A DNA stretch of 64,000 nt from Planctomycetaceae bacterium (GCA_046075685.1 JBJTQP010000224.1:310-64309); one strand, 5' to 3'. Positions 9,359-17,721 are shown, numbered from the stretch's first letter. Numbers and translations are program-made. Notes: a model not told the origin generated them from the sequence alone.

Positions 9359-9459
9359 CAGCAGGGCCTCGAGTCGGAGACGTGCCGACCACCGGGCCGG
9401 ACGCGCCCTCCAGCGGAACGCCAGCCACCAAAAACGAAGTTTCGGCCGCTGTTGCGCGG

Positions 9460-9481
9460 GTTCGTGAAGTTTTTCACGAAC
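9460..9481. promoter_or_regulatory. Perfect 9-4-9 inverted repeat with a CRP/FNR-family-like core (GTGA-N6-TCAC) in the divergent Rieske/purD promoter region
   Basis: The sequence gttcgtgaa-gttt-ttcacgaac sits in a locally AT-richer patch about 100 nt upstream of the Rieske start codon. A second small palindrome, acagtaactgt, lies at 9485..9495. Confidence 0.3.
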
Positions 9482-9759
9482 TCCACAGTAACTGTATCGG
9501 CACCCCCATGCCTGTCAACGTCGCCTCCCCACCCATCTCCCCTCGCCGGAGTGGAATCAGCCGTCGCGCCGCCGCCAAACCGCCGTCCCGCTCCCAAAGG
9601 GCTCCCGGTCCGCGGCGATTTAGAGGGCTGCCGGGGCTGGCGAGGGTCGCCGTGGGGAGGACGTGCGGTACAACCTGCATCCCGCGGGCAGGCCGACCGG
9701 CCGGCCCCGCGGACGTCGCCCTTCCGCGCATCGTGATCAGCAGGAACAGGAACGCAGCC

Positions 9760-11088
9760 GTGCCCACATCCCGTCGTGTGCTCGTGGTGGGGGGTGGCGC
9801 ACGGGAACACGCGCTGGCCTGGAAACTCACGGGCGACGGCGCCGAGGTGCTCGTCGCTCCCGGCAACGCCGGCACCGCGTCCGTCGCCGAAAACGTGCCG
9901 CTGGCCGCGACCGACGTCGCCGGCCTGCTCGACGTGGCCCGCCGCCGCGCCGTCGACCTCACCGTGGTCGGCCCCGAGGCTCCGCTGGTGGCGGGCATCG
10001 TCGACGAGTTCCGCGCCGCCGGGCAGCGGATCTTCGGCCCCACCAAACGAGCCGCGCAGATCGAGGGCAGCAAGGCGTTCTGCAAGAAGATCCTGCACCG
10101 CGGCGACGTGCCGACGGCGATGTTTCGCGAGTTTCGCTCGCCCGCGCGGGCCCGTGAATACCTCGAAGCCCGCGAGGACATGCCCGTGGTCGTGAAGGCC
10201 GACGGGCTCGCCGCCGGCAAGGGCGTGTTCGTGTGCGACGATCGCGCCGCGGCGGTGGCGGCCGTGGAGACGCTGGCGGCCGACCCGGCGCTGGCCTCGG
10301 CCGGCATCCTCGTGGAGGAGCGGCTCGACGGCGTCGAAGTGAGCGTGCTGGCGATCACCGACGGGCGGACGATCGTGACGCTGCCCCCGCTCCAGGATCA
10401 CAAGGCGGCCCATGACGGCGATGTCGGCCCGAACACCGGCGGGATGGGCGCCTACTGCCCCACGCCCTTCGTGGACGAGGCCCTGCTCGGGGAGATCGAA
10501 GCCCGGATCCTCGTGCCCACCGTGCATGCCATGCGGCGGGCCAAGACGGCGTTCGAGGGCGTGCTCTACGCCGGGCTCATGCTCACGCCGCAGGGACCGA
10601 AGGTGCTCGAGTTCAACGCCCGCTTCGGCGATCCGGAGTGCGAGCCGCTGCTGGCCCTGATGGAGTCGAGCCTGCTGGAACTTCTCGACGCCACCGTCGA
10701 CCGCAGGCTCGCCGACTGCGAACCGCCCCACTGGAGGGACGGTGCCGCGGTGAGCGTGGTGATGGCGAGCGAGGGCTATCCCGGGAGGGTCAGCACGGGG
10801 ACGCCGATACGCGGCCTCGACGCCGCCGCCCGCCTCGCCGACGTGCAGGTGTTCCACGCCGCGACCCGGCTCGCCGACGGGCAGGTGATCGCCGACGGCG
10901 GCCGGGTGCTCGCCGTGACGGCCCGCGGCCCCTCGCTCGCGCGGGCGAAGCTCCAGGCCTACACGGCCGTGAAGGAGATCCGCTGGCCGGGCGGATGGTG
11001 CCGCAAGGACATCGCCGACAAGGGTCTGGGCCGCGAGCGGGAACTCCTCGCCGCCGGGCACGCCTCCGAGGAGCCGGCGGCATCATGA
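9760..11088 (+). CDS. purD: Phosphoribosylamine--glycine ligase
   Basis: The sequence VLVVGGGAREHALAWKL ... VVKADGLAAGKGV ... GPNTGGMGAY ... LEFNARFGDPE is collinear with PurD over its full length. Track ORF 8884..11088 was trimmed to GTG 9760; GTG 9778 is an alternative start. Confidence 0.9.
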   Translation: MPTSRRVLVVGGGAREHALAWKLTGDGAEVLVAPGNAGTASVAENVPLAATDVAGLLDVARRRAVDLTVVGPEAPLVAGIVDEFRAAGQRIFGPTKRAAQIEGSKAFCKKILHRGDVPTAMFREFRSPARAREYLEAREDMPVVVKADGLAAGKGVFVCDDRAAAVAAVETLAADPALASAGILVEERLDGVEVSVLAITDGRTIVTLPPLQDHKAAHDGDVGPNTGGMGAYCPTPFVDEALLGEIEARILVPTVHAMRRAKTAFEGVLYAGLMLTPQGPKVLEFNARFGDPECEPLLALMESSLLELLDATVDRRLADCEPPHWRDGAAVSVVMASEGYPGRVSTGTPIRGLDAAARLADVQVFHAATRLADGQVIADGGRVLAVTARGPSLARAKLQAYTAVKEIRWPGGWCRKDIADKGLGRERELLAAGHASEEPAAS

Positions 11089-12089
11089 AGCTCCGCGTGG
11101 GGATCGTCGGGCTGGGCGACCAGTGGGAGGGCCGGCACCTGCCCGCCCTGCGGATGCTGGCCGACAAGTTCGAGGTGCTCGGCGTGTGCGAGCAGGTGAG
11201 CCACCGCGCCGAGCGGGCCGCGAAGGAACTGGCCACGTCGGCCGTGGACGGCTTCCGGGCCCTGGCGGCCCGCGACGACGTCGATGCGATCCTCTTCCTC
11301 GCCGACCAGTGGTTCGGCGCCACGCCGATCCTCGCGGCCTGCGACCACGGCAAGGCCGTCTACTCGGCGATCTCCCTGCCCCTCGACCCGCGGGAAGCCG
11401 CCCAGCTGCGGACCCGCGTGGAGGAGTCGGGCATCGCCTTCCTCGCCGAGCTGCCCCGCCGGCACGCCGCCGCCACGGTTCGCCTCAAGGAGCTGATCGC
11501 CACGCGGCTCGGTCCGCCGCGGATGCTCTTCTGCCACCGCCGCGTGCCCCTCTCGGCCGGCGCGTCGCCGGCCCGCGACCGGGGCAGTGAAGCCCGCGAC
11601 ATGATGGAACTCGTCGACTGGTGCCGCTACGTGGCCGGCGTGGAACCGACGAGCGTGGTCGCCGTGCGGCACGCCGAGGCTCCCGGCGGCGAGGCCGACG
11701 ACTACCGGATGATGAGTCTCGATTTCTCGACGACCGGCCGGATCGGCGACGGCCCGCTCGCCCAGATCAGCTGCGGCTACTACATGCCGCGGGCCTGGGA
11801 GGAGGCGGTCGGCTTCCGGCCGCCCCCGGGCCTGCAGGTGGTCTGCGAGCGGGGCATCGCCTTCGTCGACCTGCCGCAGACGCTCGTCTGGTTCGACGAC
11901 GCCGGCCGCCACCAGGAATCGCTCGAGAGCGAGCGGCCGGTGGGCGAACGGATGCTCGGCCACTTCCACCGCATGGTGACGAGCCTGGTGCGGCAGACCA
12001 GCGGCCTCGACGACACGCTCCGCGCCATGCGGGTGGTGGAGGCCGCCGATCGGAGCATCGCCGAAGGCGTCCGCGTGCCGCTCGGCTGA
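11085..12089 (+). CDS. Gfo/Idh/MocA family oxidoreductase
   Basis: It has the N-terminal Rossmann motif MKLRVGIVGLGDQW. ATG 11085 overlaps the purD stop by 4 nt (ATGA). Confidence 0.75.
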   Translation: MKLRVGIVGLGDQWEGRHLPALRMLADKFEVLGVCEQVSHRAERAAKELATSAVDGFRALAARDDVDAILFLADQWFGATPILAACDHGKAVYSAISLPLDPREAAQLRTRVEESGIAFLAELPRRHAAATVRLKELIATRLGPPRMLFCHRRVPLSAGASPARDRGSEARDMMELVDWCRYVAGVEPTSVVAVRHAEAPGGEADDYRMMSLDFSTTGRIGDGPLAQISCGYYMPRAWEEAVGFRPPPGLQVVCERGIAFVDLPQTLVWFDDAGRHQESLESERPVGERMLGHFHRMVTSLVRQTSGLDDTLRAMRVVEAADRSIAEGVRVPLG

Positions 12090-12092
12090 GGA

Positions 12093-13166
12093 TCACCCGA
12101 GGGCGGCGACGACGAGATCGCCGACCTCCCGGGTGCCGTGGCCCATCCGGCCCGCCGCCTGGCTCTTCATCTTCGTGCCGGTGACGTGGGCCACCGCCTT
12201 CTCGACCCGGGCCGCCGACGTCGGCTGGCCGCTGTGCTCGAGCAGCATCGCCATCGCGTTGATCGCGGCGACGGGATTGATCACGTTCTGGCCGGTGTAC
12301 TTGGGCGCGCTGCCCCCCATCGGCTCGAACATGCTCACGCCGCCCTGGTCGGGATTGAGGTTCCCGCCGGCCGCCACGCCCATGCCCCCCTGCAGGATCC
12401 CGGCCAGGTCGGTGATGATGTCGCCGAACATGTTGGTGGTCACGATCACGTCGTACGCGTCGGGATTCTTCACCATCCACATGCAGCAGGCGTCGACGTG
12501 GTTGTAGTCGGTCTTCACGTCAGGGTAGTCCTTGGCCACCTCCTGGAACGTCCGCCACCAGAGGTCGTGGCCGAAGGTGAGCACGTTGGTCTTGGCCACC
12601 AGCGTGAGCGTCTTCTTGGGGCTGTTCCGCTTCCGCGTGTACTCGAACGCCCAGCGGATGCACCGCTCGCAGCCCTTCCGCGTGTAGATCGCCTGCTGCA
12701 CGGCCACCTCGTCGGGCGTGCCCTTCTTGAGATAGCCGCCCACCCCGCAGTAGAGATCTTCGGTGTTCTCGCGAACCACGACGAAGTCGATGTCCTTGGG
12801 GCCCCGGCCGGCCAGCGGCGTCTCGACGCCCGGCAGCAGCTTGACGGGGCGGAGGTTGATGTACTGGTCGAGCTTGAACCGGAGTTCGAGGAGCAGCCCC
12901 TTTTCGAGGATGCCGGGGGCGACGTCCGGATGCCCGATCGCTCCCAGGAAGACCGCGTCCTTGGTCCGCAGCAGCTCGAGTCCGCCCGCGGGCACGATCT
13001 CGCCCGTGCGGAGGTAGCGGTCGCCGCCCCAGTCGAGCATCTCGACGTCGTAGCTGAACCCATCGAGCTTCGACACGGCATCGAGGACCTTGAGCGCCTC
13101 GGCGGTCACTTCGGGACCGGTGCCGTCACCGGGAATCGCGGCGATCTTCAGCGTGCTCGAGGCCAT
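12093..13166 (-). CDS. Isocitrate/isopropylmalate dehydrogenase-family enzyme (3-isopropylmalate dehydrogenase or tartrate/D-malate dehydrogenase type)
   Basis: The sequence KIAAIPGDGTGPEV ... VVVRENTEDLYCG ... NMFGDIITDLAG ... GGSAPKYTGQNVINP is collinear with the beta-decarboxylating dehydrogenase family. The start was set at MASSTLK (Met 68 of the track ORF). Confidence 0.85.
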   Translation of the reverse strand: MASSTLKIAAIPGDGTGPEVTAEALKVLDAVSKLDGFSYDVEMLDWGGDRYLRTGEIVPAGGLELLRTKDAVFLGAIGHPDVAPGILEKGLLLELRFKLDQYINLRPVKLLPGVETPLAGRGPKDIDFVVVRENTEDLYCGVGGYLKKGTPDEVAVQQAIYTRKGCERCIRWAFEYTRKRNSPKKTLTLVAKTNVLTFGHDLWWRTFQEVAKDYPDVKTDYNHVDACCMWMVKNPDAYDVIVTTNMFGDIITDLAGILQGGMGVAAGGNLNPDQGGVSMFEPMGGSAPKYTGQNVINPVAAINAMAMLLEHSGQPTSAARVEKAVAHVTGTKMKSQAAGRMGHGTREVGDLVVAALG

Positions 13167-13306
13167 CGCGGACAATGCTCCATGGACGGGGTGGGGGGGC
13201 GGGACCAGTCCGTCCCTCAGATTACGCGGCGGGGTGCCGCCACGAAACCCGCCTGCATGATCCACGGGATCGATGCCACTGCTCGTGGTTTTCGCGCGAC
13301 GGGTTC

Positions 13307-13385
13307 GAGGACGAGCCGCCGGCCGCACGTCTGTGCGCGCGTTGCGAGGACGAGCCGCCGACCGCATGAGGACGAGCCGCCGACC
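13307..13385. repeat. Three copies of gaggacgagccgccgRccg(ca) at 13307, 13346 and 13368
   Basis: Direct reading. Copies 2 and 3 are tandem with period 22, and copy 1 lies 39 nt upstream. The region is non-coding. Confidence 0.85.
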
Positions 13386-13556
13386 GGGGGAACCGCTCCG
13401 GCGCCGGCGGGCTTTGCGAGTTCATCACACCGGCGGTACCCAGCGGCCGCCACGAGGCGCACAGCTCACCGGCTTCTCCGCGAACCCCCCGGCCGGCTCC
13501 CCATGAGTGAACCAGGCTCCGAGCACCGGCACGAAGCACGACACCGCCACGGCCGC

Positions 13557-13624
13557 CTGCACGCACGACTCAACGGCGACACGATGTCGCCTGCACGCAC
13601 GACTCAACAGCGACACGATGTCGC
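13557..13624. repeat. Tandem direct repeat, 2 x 34 nt (ctgcacgcacgactcaacRgcgacacgatgtcgc)
   Basis: Direct reading; there is one mismatch between copies. Each copy contains the small hairpin gcgac-acgat-gtcgc. Confidence 0.9.
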
Positions 13625-13640
13625 CGATAAAACCCAGCCG

Positions 13641-13700
13641 CAGCGGGCAGGAGGCCGCTGCGGCGTGAACACAGCGGGCAGGAGGCCGCTGCGGCGTGAA
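13641..13700. repeat. Tandem direct repeat, 2 x about 29 nt (cagcgggcaggaggccgctgcggcgtgaa, period 31), each forming a GC hairpin; it abuts the stop codon of the 13701..14012 gene
   Basis: Direct reading. The first copy extends to a 9-bp stem (ccgcagcgg / ccgctgcgg). The position fits a transcript 3'-end structure, but there is no U-tract. Confidence 0.85.
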
Positions 13701-14012
13701 TTAGTTCTGGCTGAAGTCGAGTTGCTTGCCCGCCTTCAGGCCGAGCGGGTTCTTCACGAAGCGTTGGCGACAGGCGTCGCAGAGGTCGAAGCGGAGCGAT
13801 CTGGTCGCGTCTTCCAGATCGGCGATCTCCGAATCGTCGAGCCGCTCGAGAAGGTCCTGCACATCGTCGAGATGATCGGCGTCGGCCGGCGCCGCGACCG
13901 GGCCGCAGCCGTGGTCCTCGACCGCGGGAAACACCTCGATCTTGACCACGTGCCGCATGTCAGCCCCGGCGACGATCGGCCGTTTGCAGATGTCGCACGA
14001 GTAATGGAGCAT
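13701..14012 (-). CDS. Small acidic protein with two CxxC pairs (zinc-ribbon-like); function unknown
   Basis: The 103-aa ORF has CDIC at its N-terminus, CDAC near its C-terminus and an Asp/Glu-rich centre. Third-position GC is high. Confidence 0.6.
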   Translation of the reverse strand: MLHYSCDICKRPIVAGADMRHVVKIEVFPAVEDHGCGPVAAPADADHLDDVQDLLERLDDSEIADLEDATRSLRFDLCDACRQRFVKNPLGLKAGKQLDFSQN

Positions 14013-14216
14013 CGATTCCTCCGTTCACCTGGCGCCGGGCGGCGTTTCCACTCCGTCGCAGCGACGCTGCGAACGAACACTGAATATCCCCTGAGTGTGA
14101 CTGCATTCTCCGGCCGTGGCAAGCGGCCGCACCGGCCCCATGCGACGTTTGGCAGCTTCGCCGCGATCCCGGTAAACTGGGCGACATTAACATTATCAGG
14201 AGCTCCGCGACCGATC

Positions 14217-14870
14217 ATGTCGTCGAACGCGTTCGCCGTGCCGGCACCCCAGGCTCCCTCGCTCGGGCTGAGCGTGCTGGTGCTCAACCGCTCGTTCGTG
14301 GCCGTTCACATCACGAACGTTCGCCGTGCCGTCACCCTGTTGTTTCGGCAGTTGGCCGAGGTGGTGCACATCGAGGAGGGGCAATACTCCGCCTACGACC
14401 TCGCCTCGTGGCGGGAACTGTCGGCGATCCGCTCCACCCTGCGAAGCCCCGATCAGGACTGGATCCGGGCCGTCGGCTACGACCTCCAGGCGCCGCGGGT
14501 GATCCGGCTCGTCTCGTGCGACCGGGGGCCGCGGCAGGGGCTGCGGTTCAATCGGCGCAACGTCTTCGCCCGCGACGCCAACCAGTGCCAGTACTGCGGC
14601 CGTGGCTTTCCCACGAGTGAACTGTCGCTCGACCATGTGGTGCCCCGCAGCCGCGGCGGCTCGACCACGTGGGAGAACATCGTCTGCGCCTGCGTCTCCT
14701 GCAACGTCCGCAAGGGAGGCCGCACCCCCGCCGAGGCGCGGATGCATCTCATCCGCCAGCCGGTCAAGCCGAAGCGGAGCCCGCTCTTGTCGATCAAGCT
14801 CGGCAACCCGAAGTACGCGAGCTGGAAGAGTTTCGTCGACAACGCCTACTGGCTCGTCGACCTGAAATGA
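14217..14870 (+). CDS. HNH endonuclease family protein (McrA-like, 217 aa)
   Basis: The HNH/zinc motif reads CQYCG ... LSLDHVVPRSRGG ... WENIVCACVSCNVRKG. Track ORF 12138..14870 was trimmed to ATG 14217. Confidence 0.85.
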   Translation: MSSNAFAVPAPQAPSLGLSVLVLNRSFVAVHITNVRRAVTLLFRQLAEVVHIEEGQYSAYDLASWRELSAIRSTLRSPDQDWIRAVGYDLQAPRVIRLVSCDRGPRQGLRFNRRNVFARDANQCQYCGRGFPTSELSLDHVVPRSRGGSTTWENIVCACVSCNVRKGGRTPAEARMHLIRQPVKPKRSPLLSIKLGNPKYASWKSFVDNAYWLVDLK

Positions 14871-14911
14871 GCCGCGGCTCTTTATGCCGGAGTCGTCGCA
14901 GCCGATCCGGA

Positions 14912-14986
14912 CTCACTTACCGCCGCCTCACTTACCGCCGCCTCACTCACCGCCGCCTCACTCACCGCCGCCTCACTCACCTCCGC
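14912..14986. repeat. Tandem repeat, 5 x 15 nt (ctcacYYaccKccgc)
   Basis: Direct reading gives ctcacttaccgccgc x2, ctcactcaccgccgc x2 and ctcactcacctccgc. The repeat fills the gap between the convergent HNH and fdxA genes, and its last unit overlaps the fdxA stop and C-terminus. Confidence 0.95.
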
Positions 14987-15257
14987 AGAGCGGGTCCTTC
15001 TTCTCCGTGATCACGGGCAGCCCTTCCTTCGCCATGTCGGCGTTGAGGGCCGTGAAATCCTTCCACTCTGCCGGCAGGTTGTCCTCGTGGAAGATCGCCT
15101 CCACCGGACACTCAGGCACGCAGGCCTCACAGTCGATGCACTCGTCGGGATGGATGTAGACCATCTTGTCGCCTTCGTAGAAGCACTCGACGGGGCAGAC
15201 CACCACGCAGTCGGTGTACTTGCAGGCGAAACACGGCTCGGCGACGACGTGGGTCAT
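14973..15257 (-). CDS. fdxA: 7Fe-type ferredoxin ([3Fe-4S][4Fe-4S], Azotobacter FdxA type)
   Basis: The sequence [21 protein letters not shown] ... [22 protein letters not shown] ... ITEKKDPL is nearly collinear with FdxA. Confidence 0.9.
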   Translation of the reverse strand: MTHVVAEPCFACKYTDCVVVCPVECFYEGDKMVYIHPDECIDCEACVPECPVEAIFHEDNLPAEWKDFTALNADMAKEGLPVITEKKDPLCGGE

Positions 15258-15454
15258 GATCGGCTCCTGTGACGGTGGCGGCGAAACAGCCTTGGGCTCG
15301 CAGGGGTGTGGAGCCGAAAACCAGCACCAATCACCCTTCCGCGCGGCATCCTAGGGGGCCGGCGCAGGGCTGTCAACGAACCGCACGGCCCGCGCACCCC
15401 GGGACCGGGACGCAGAGGCGACGGTGACGTTGGTGGCTCCGTGCGGGCGCCCCT

Positions 15455-16165
15455 ATGATGGAAGAATCCATCGGCCGTCCCGCGGGAAAAATGAACCGCC
15501 GGGGCCGGCGATGGGCCGCGTCCGCCCCCGGCCGAGGGCGTCCCGCCGCAGGTGCCTCCGTGACGAGCCAGCCTGTGCCCCGCGCCGCCCTGCCGCCCGA
15601 CGACCGCGGGCTGGTCGACGGCTGCCTGCTGGGGGCCGACGGCGCCTGGCAGGCGTTCGTCGACCGCTTCGCCGGGCTGTTCATGTTCGTGGCCACCGCC
15701 ACCGCCCGGCAACGGGGGCAGACGCTCGCAGCGGCGGACCGCGATGACATCGTCGCCGACGTGCTCGTGGAGTGCCTCCGAAACGACGCCGCCGTGCTGC
15801 GGTCGTTCGCCGGCCGTTCCAGCCTGGCGACGTACCTGGCCGTGGTCGCCCGCCGCACCGTCGCCCGGCGGCTCGCCGACGAATCGCGTGCCGCCGCCGT
15901 TCACCCTTCATCGGGCGGTCGCCGCCGTCCCGATGTGATGCTCGCCGACGAGGCGACGCGGGCCGCCGACCGCGAGCACGTGGAATCGCTGCTGCAGGCG
16001 CTCGAGCCCGACGAAGCCCGCCTCGTGCGGCTGCACCACCTCGAGCATCGCAGCTACGGAGAGATCAGCCACGCCACCGGCATGCCCCTCAACTCGATCG
16101 GACCGGCGTTGTCGCGGGCCCGCGAGAAGATGCGGCGGCTCGAGTCACAGCCCCGGGCCGGCTGA
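15455..16165 (+). CDS. ECF-type RNA polymerase sigma-70 factor
   Basis: It has region-2-like (WQAFVDRFAGLFMFVA ... DIVADVLVECL) and region-4 HTH (RSYGEISHATGMPLNSIGPALSRAREKMRRL) segments. The start is uncertain: ATG 15455, ATG 15491 or GTG 15560. Confidence 0.8.
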   Translation: MMEESIGRPAGKMNRRGRRWAASAPGRGRPAAGASVTSQPVPRAALPPDDRGLVDGCLLGADGAWQAFVDRFAGLFMFVATATARQRGQTLAAADRDDIVADVLVECLRNDAAVLRSFAGRSSLATYLAVVARRTVARRLADESRAAAVHPSSGGRRRPDVMLADEATRAADREHVESLLQALEPDEARLVRLHHLEHRSYGEISHATGMPLNSIGPALSRAREKMRRLESQPRAG

Positions 16166-16176
16166 CCTGACCCGAC

Positions 16177-16206
16177 CCGCCCGGGACTGGTCCGCCCGGG
16201 ACTGGT
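16177..16206. repeat. Tandem repeat, 2 x 15 nt (ccgcccgggactggt)
   Basis: Direct reading. It lies in the 45-nt gap between the convergent sigma-factor gene and the 16211..17131 gene. Confidence 0.9.
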
Positions 16207-16210
16207 CACG

Positions 16211-17131
16211 TCAGCGGGCGGGCTGCGGCGGCGGGCCGATCACCACCGCCGGATCGGCGAGATCGACGGGCTCGTAGCCGGGGTAGGCGGGCATATGCCA
16301 GAGCTGGCCGGAATCGCCGCTGGCGGTGTTGGTGGTCAGCGCCGTCAACTCCAGTGAGAAGTCGACGCCCGAGGCGGGCCACGACACTTCCACGAAGTGC
16401 GGCAGGGCGGCGCCCGACGGTGGATCGACGCGGTGCCGGCTCGTCCGCACGCTCGCGAGCCGTTCGCCTCCGGCGGTGAACAGGTGCTGCTCGGAGACGA
16501 GGCCGGTGGTGCCGTCGAGGATCGTCGATTTGAGCAGTTCGCCCTCCGGGGCCGTGATCGTGCTGCGGATCTCGATCCGCCCGTCCGGCAGCGGAAACGG
16601 ACCCTGGTGGCGATCCTCCGCGCGGAACGTGACGAGGCCGAGGAGCTCCGGCATCCAGTCGGCGCGGATCGGCAGCAGGCGGCGGGCCGCCGACTGGGCG
16701 TACTGGTCATGACGGCAGAAGGCCACCACCGGCGGCTTGTGCTGCCGCAGCCAGAGCCAGAACAGGTCGTCATTGCTGCCGATGTCGAGTTCCGGGCCGG
16801 TGATCGCGGTCTGCGCCTGGAGGCGGAACCGCCGCGGCAGCTCGCACGCCACCCGAGCGGAGAGCCGCGGCACCCCGGGCACCGCGAGCACCGCCTGCGT
16901 CGCCATCAGGCTCCGCACCCGCTGCGTGTTGTCATGCACGGCGGCGATGATCTGCTCGAGCGTCGCGTGGGCGGGGAGCGTGCGGGGCAATGGCAACGTG
17001 CCGATCTGGTAGCCCCTGAGCACCTGCGGACACGACGCCCCGCTGGCGGCCACGGAAGCCACGAGGATCGCCAGGGTCGCCAGCCGCAGCGACGCGGCTG
17101 GCGCAGGTCGCCGCCGGGGGGCGTGCGTCAT
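16211..17131 (-). CDS. Lipoprotein, possibly LolA/LolB-fold (DUF4292-like)
   Basis: Track ORF trimmed to Met 183 (MTHAPRRRPAPAASLRLATLAILVASVAASGASC lipobox). The mature part is a mixed beta-type sequence without catalytic motifs, so the fold assignment is tentative. Confidence 0.5.
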   Translation of the reverse strand: MTHAPRRRPAPAASLRLATLAILVASVAASGASCPQVLRGYQIGTLPLPRTLPAHATLEQIIAAVHDNTQRVRSLMATQAVLAVPGVPRLSARVACELPRRFRLQAQTAITGPELDIGSNDDLFWLWLRQHKPPVVAFCRHDQYAQSAARRLLPIRADWMPELLGLVTFRAEDRHQGPFPLPDGRIEIRSTITAPEGELLKSTILDGTTGLVSEQHLFTAGGERLASVRTSRHRVDPPSGAALPHFVEVSWPASGVDFSLELTALTTNTASGDSGQLWHMPAYPGYEPVDLADPAVVIGPPPQPAR

Positions 17132-17625
17132 GCGGCGTCTCCCGACCAGAGCAGCGCCGCGAGCCGGGCCTCGACGCCATCCGCCGCGGCCTCCTCGGCT
17201 GCGACCACCCGCACGCGATAGTCGCGATCCCGCTTCCGGCAGGCGAGCGTGAGCACGGCGGCCGCAGACGCATCCTCGGCGTCGGACTCCGCAGCATCCG
17301 CGATCCGCAGCACCCGCCGCCGCACGAGCTGCAGCGCCAGCAGATAGCGGAGCGGCTCGTCGTCCTCCTGCTCGAGATGCTCGAGCGCGTCGAGGAGCGC
17401 GTCCACCGGCGCGAGCGTGGGCCCCGTCACGCCCGCCTGCGGATACCGCGATCGCCACCACGCGAGCGATCCTTCCGGCGGCCCCTGCCAGGCCTCGGCG
17501 GCGATGTCGAGCCGCTCGACGGCGCCACGGCCGCGGACGACCGCCGAATAGAACACCTCCCCCGGGACGAACGTCCGCCCGGTGGTCGCGCAGGTGGCCT
17601 GGGGCCGGTGGAGCTTGAGATCCAT
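17128..17625 (-). CDS. Conserved-looking hypothetical protein (165 aa)
   Basis: Track ORF trimmed to MDLKLHRPQATCATTG. Its stop overlaps the next gene's ATG by 4 nt (ATGA). I recognised no motif. Confidence 0.5.
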   Translation of the reverse strand: MDLKLHRPQATCATTGRTFVPGEVFYSAVVRGRGAVERLDIAAEAWQGPPEGSLAWWRSRYPQAGVTGPTLAPVDALLDALEHLEQEDDEPLRYLLALQLVRRRVLRIADAAESDAEDASAAAVLTLACRKRDRDYRVRVVAAEEAAADGVEARLAALLWSGDAA

Positions 17626-17721
17626 GGGGCCGGGGACGATAGGCCACGGCCGCCACGGCCACAATCTCGGCCGCCACGGCCCCCGACCCGTCCGCATCGT
17701 GATTCCGGCGGGCGGCGCAGG

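Noticed and set aside
8256-9431. Upstream extension of the cytochrome b ORF (649-aa version, 7482..9431)
   Set aside because: The extension overlaps the Rieske CDS on the same strand in another frame and is Arg/Gly-rich. The cytochrome b homology starts at [10 protein letters not shown] (ATG 8255).
8884-9759. N-terminal 290 aa of the 734-aa track ORF containing purD
   Set aside because: It is Pro/Arg-rich, antisense to the Rieske gene and spans the promoter region. PurD homology begins at about 9760-9778.
13167-13700. A CRISPR-like array in the repeat-dense spacer
   Set aside because: The repeats are directly adjacent with no unique spacers. They belong to three unrelated families with only 2-3 copies each, and there are no cas genes in the window.
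12138-14216. Upstream 690 aa of the 910-aa ORF that ends with the HNH domain
   Set aside because: It runs antisense through the dehydrogenase gene, the repeat-rich spacer and the Zn-ribbon gene. Only the last 217 aa show protein-like features.
14884-15159. ORF encoding [24 protein letters not shown] (a proline-rich repeat protein)
   Set aside because: It is simply the translation of the 15-nt tandem repeat, and it continues antisense into fdxA. There is no independent coding signal.
16211-17677. Full 488-aa version of the lipoprotein ORF
   Set aside because: The first 182 residues are Arg/Ala/Gly-rich and overlap the 17128..17625 gene. The signal peptide and lipobox begin at Met 183.
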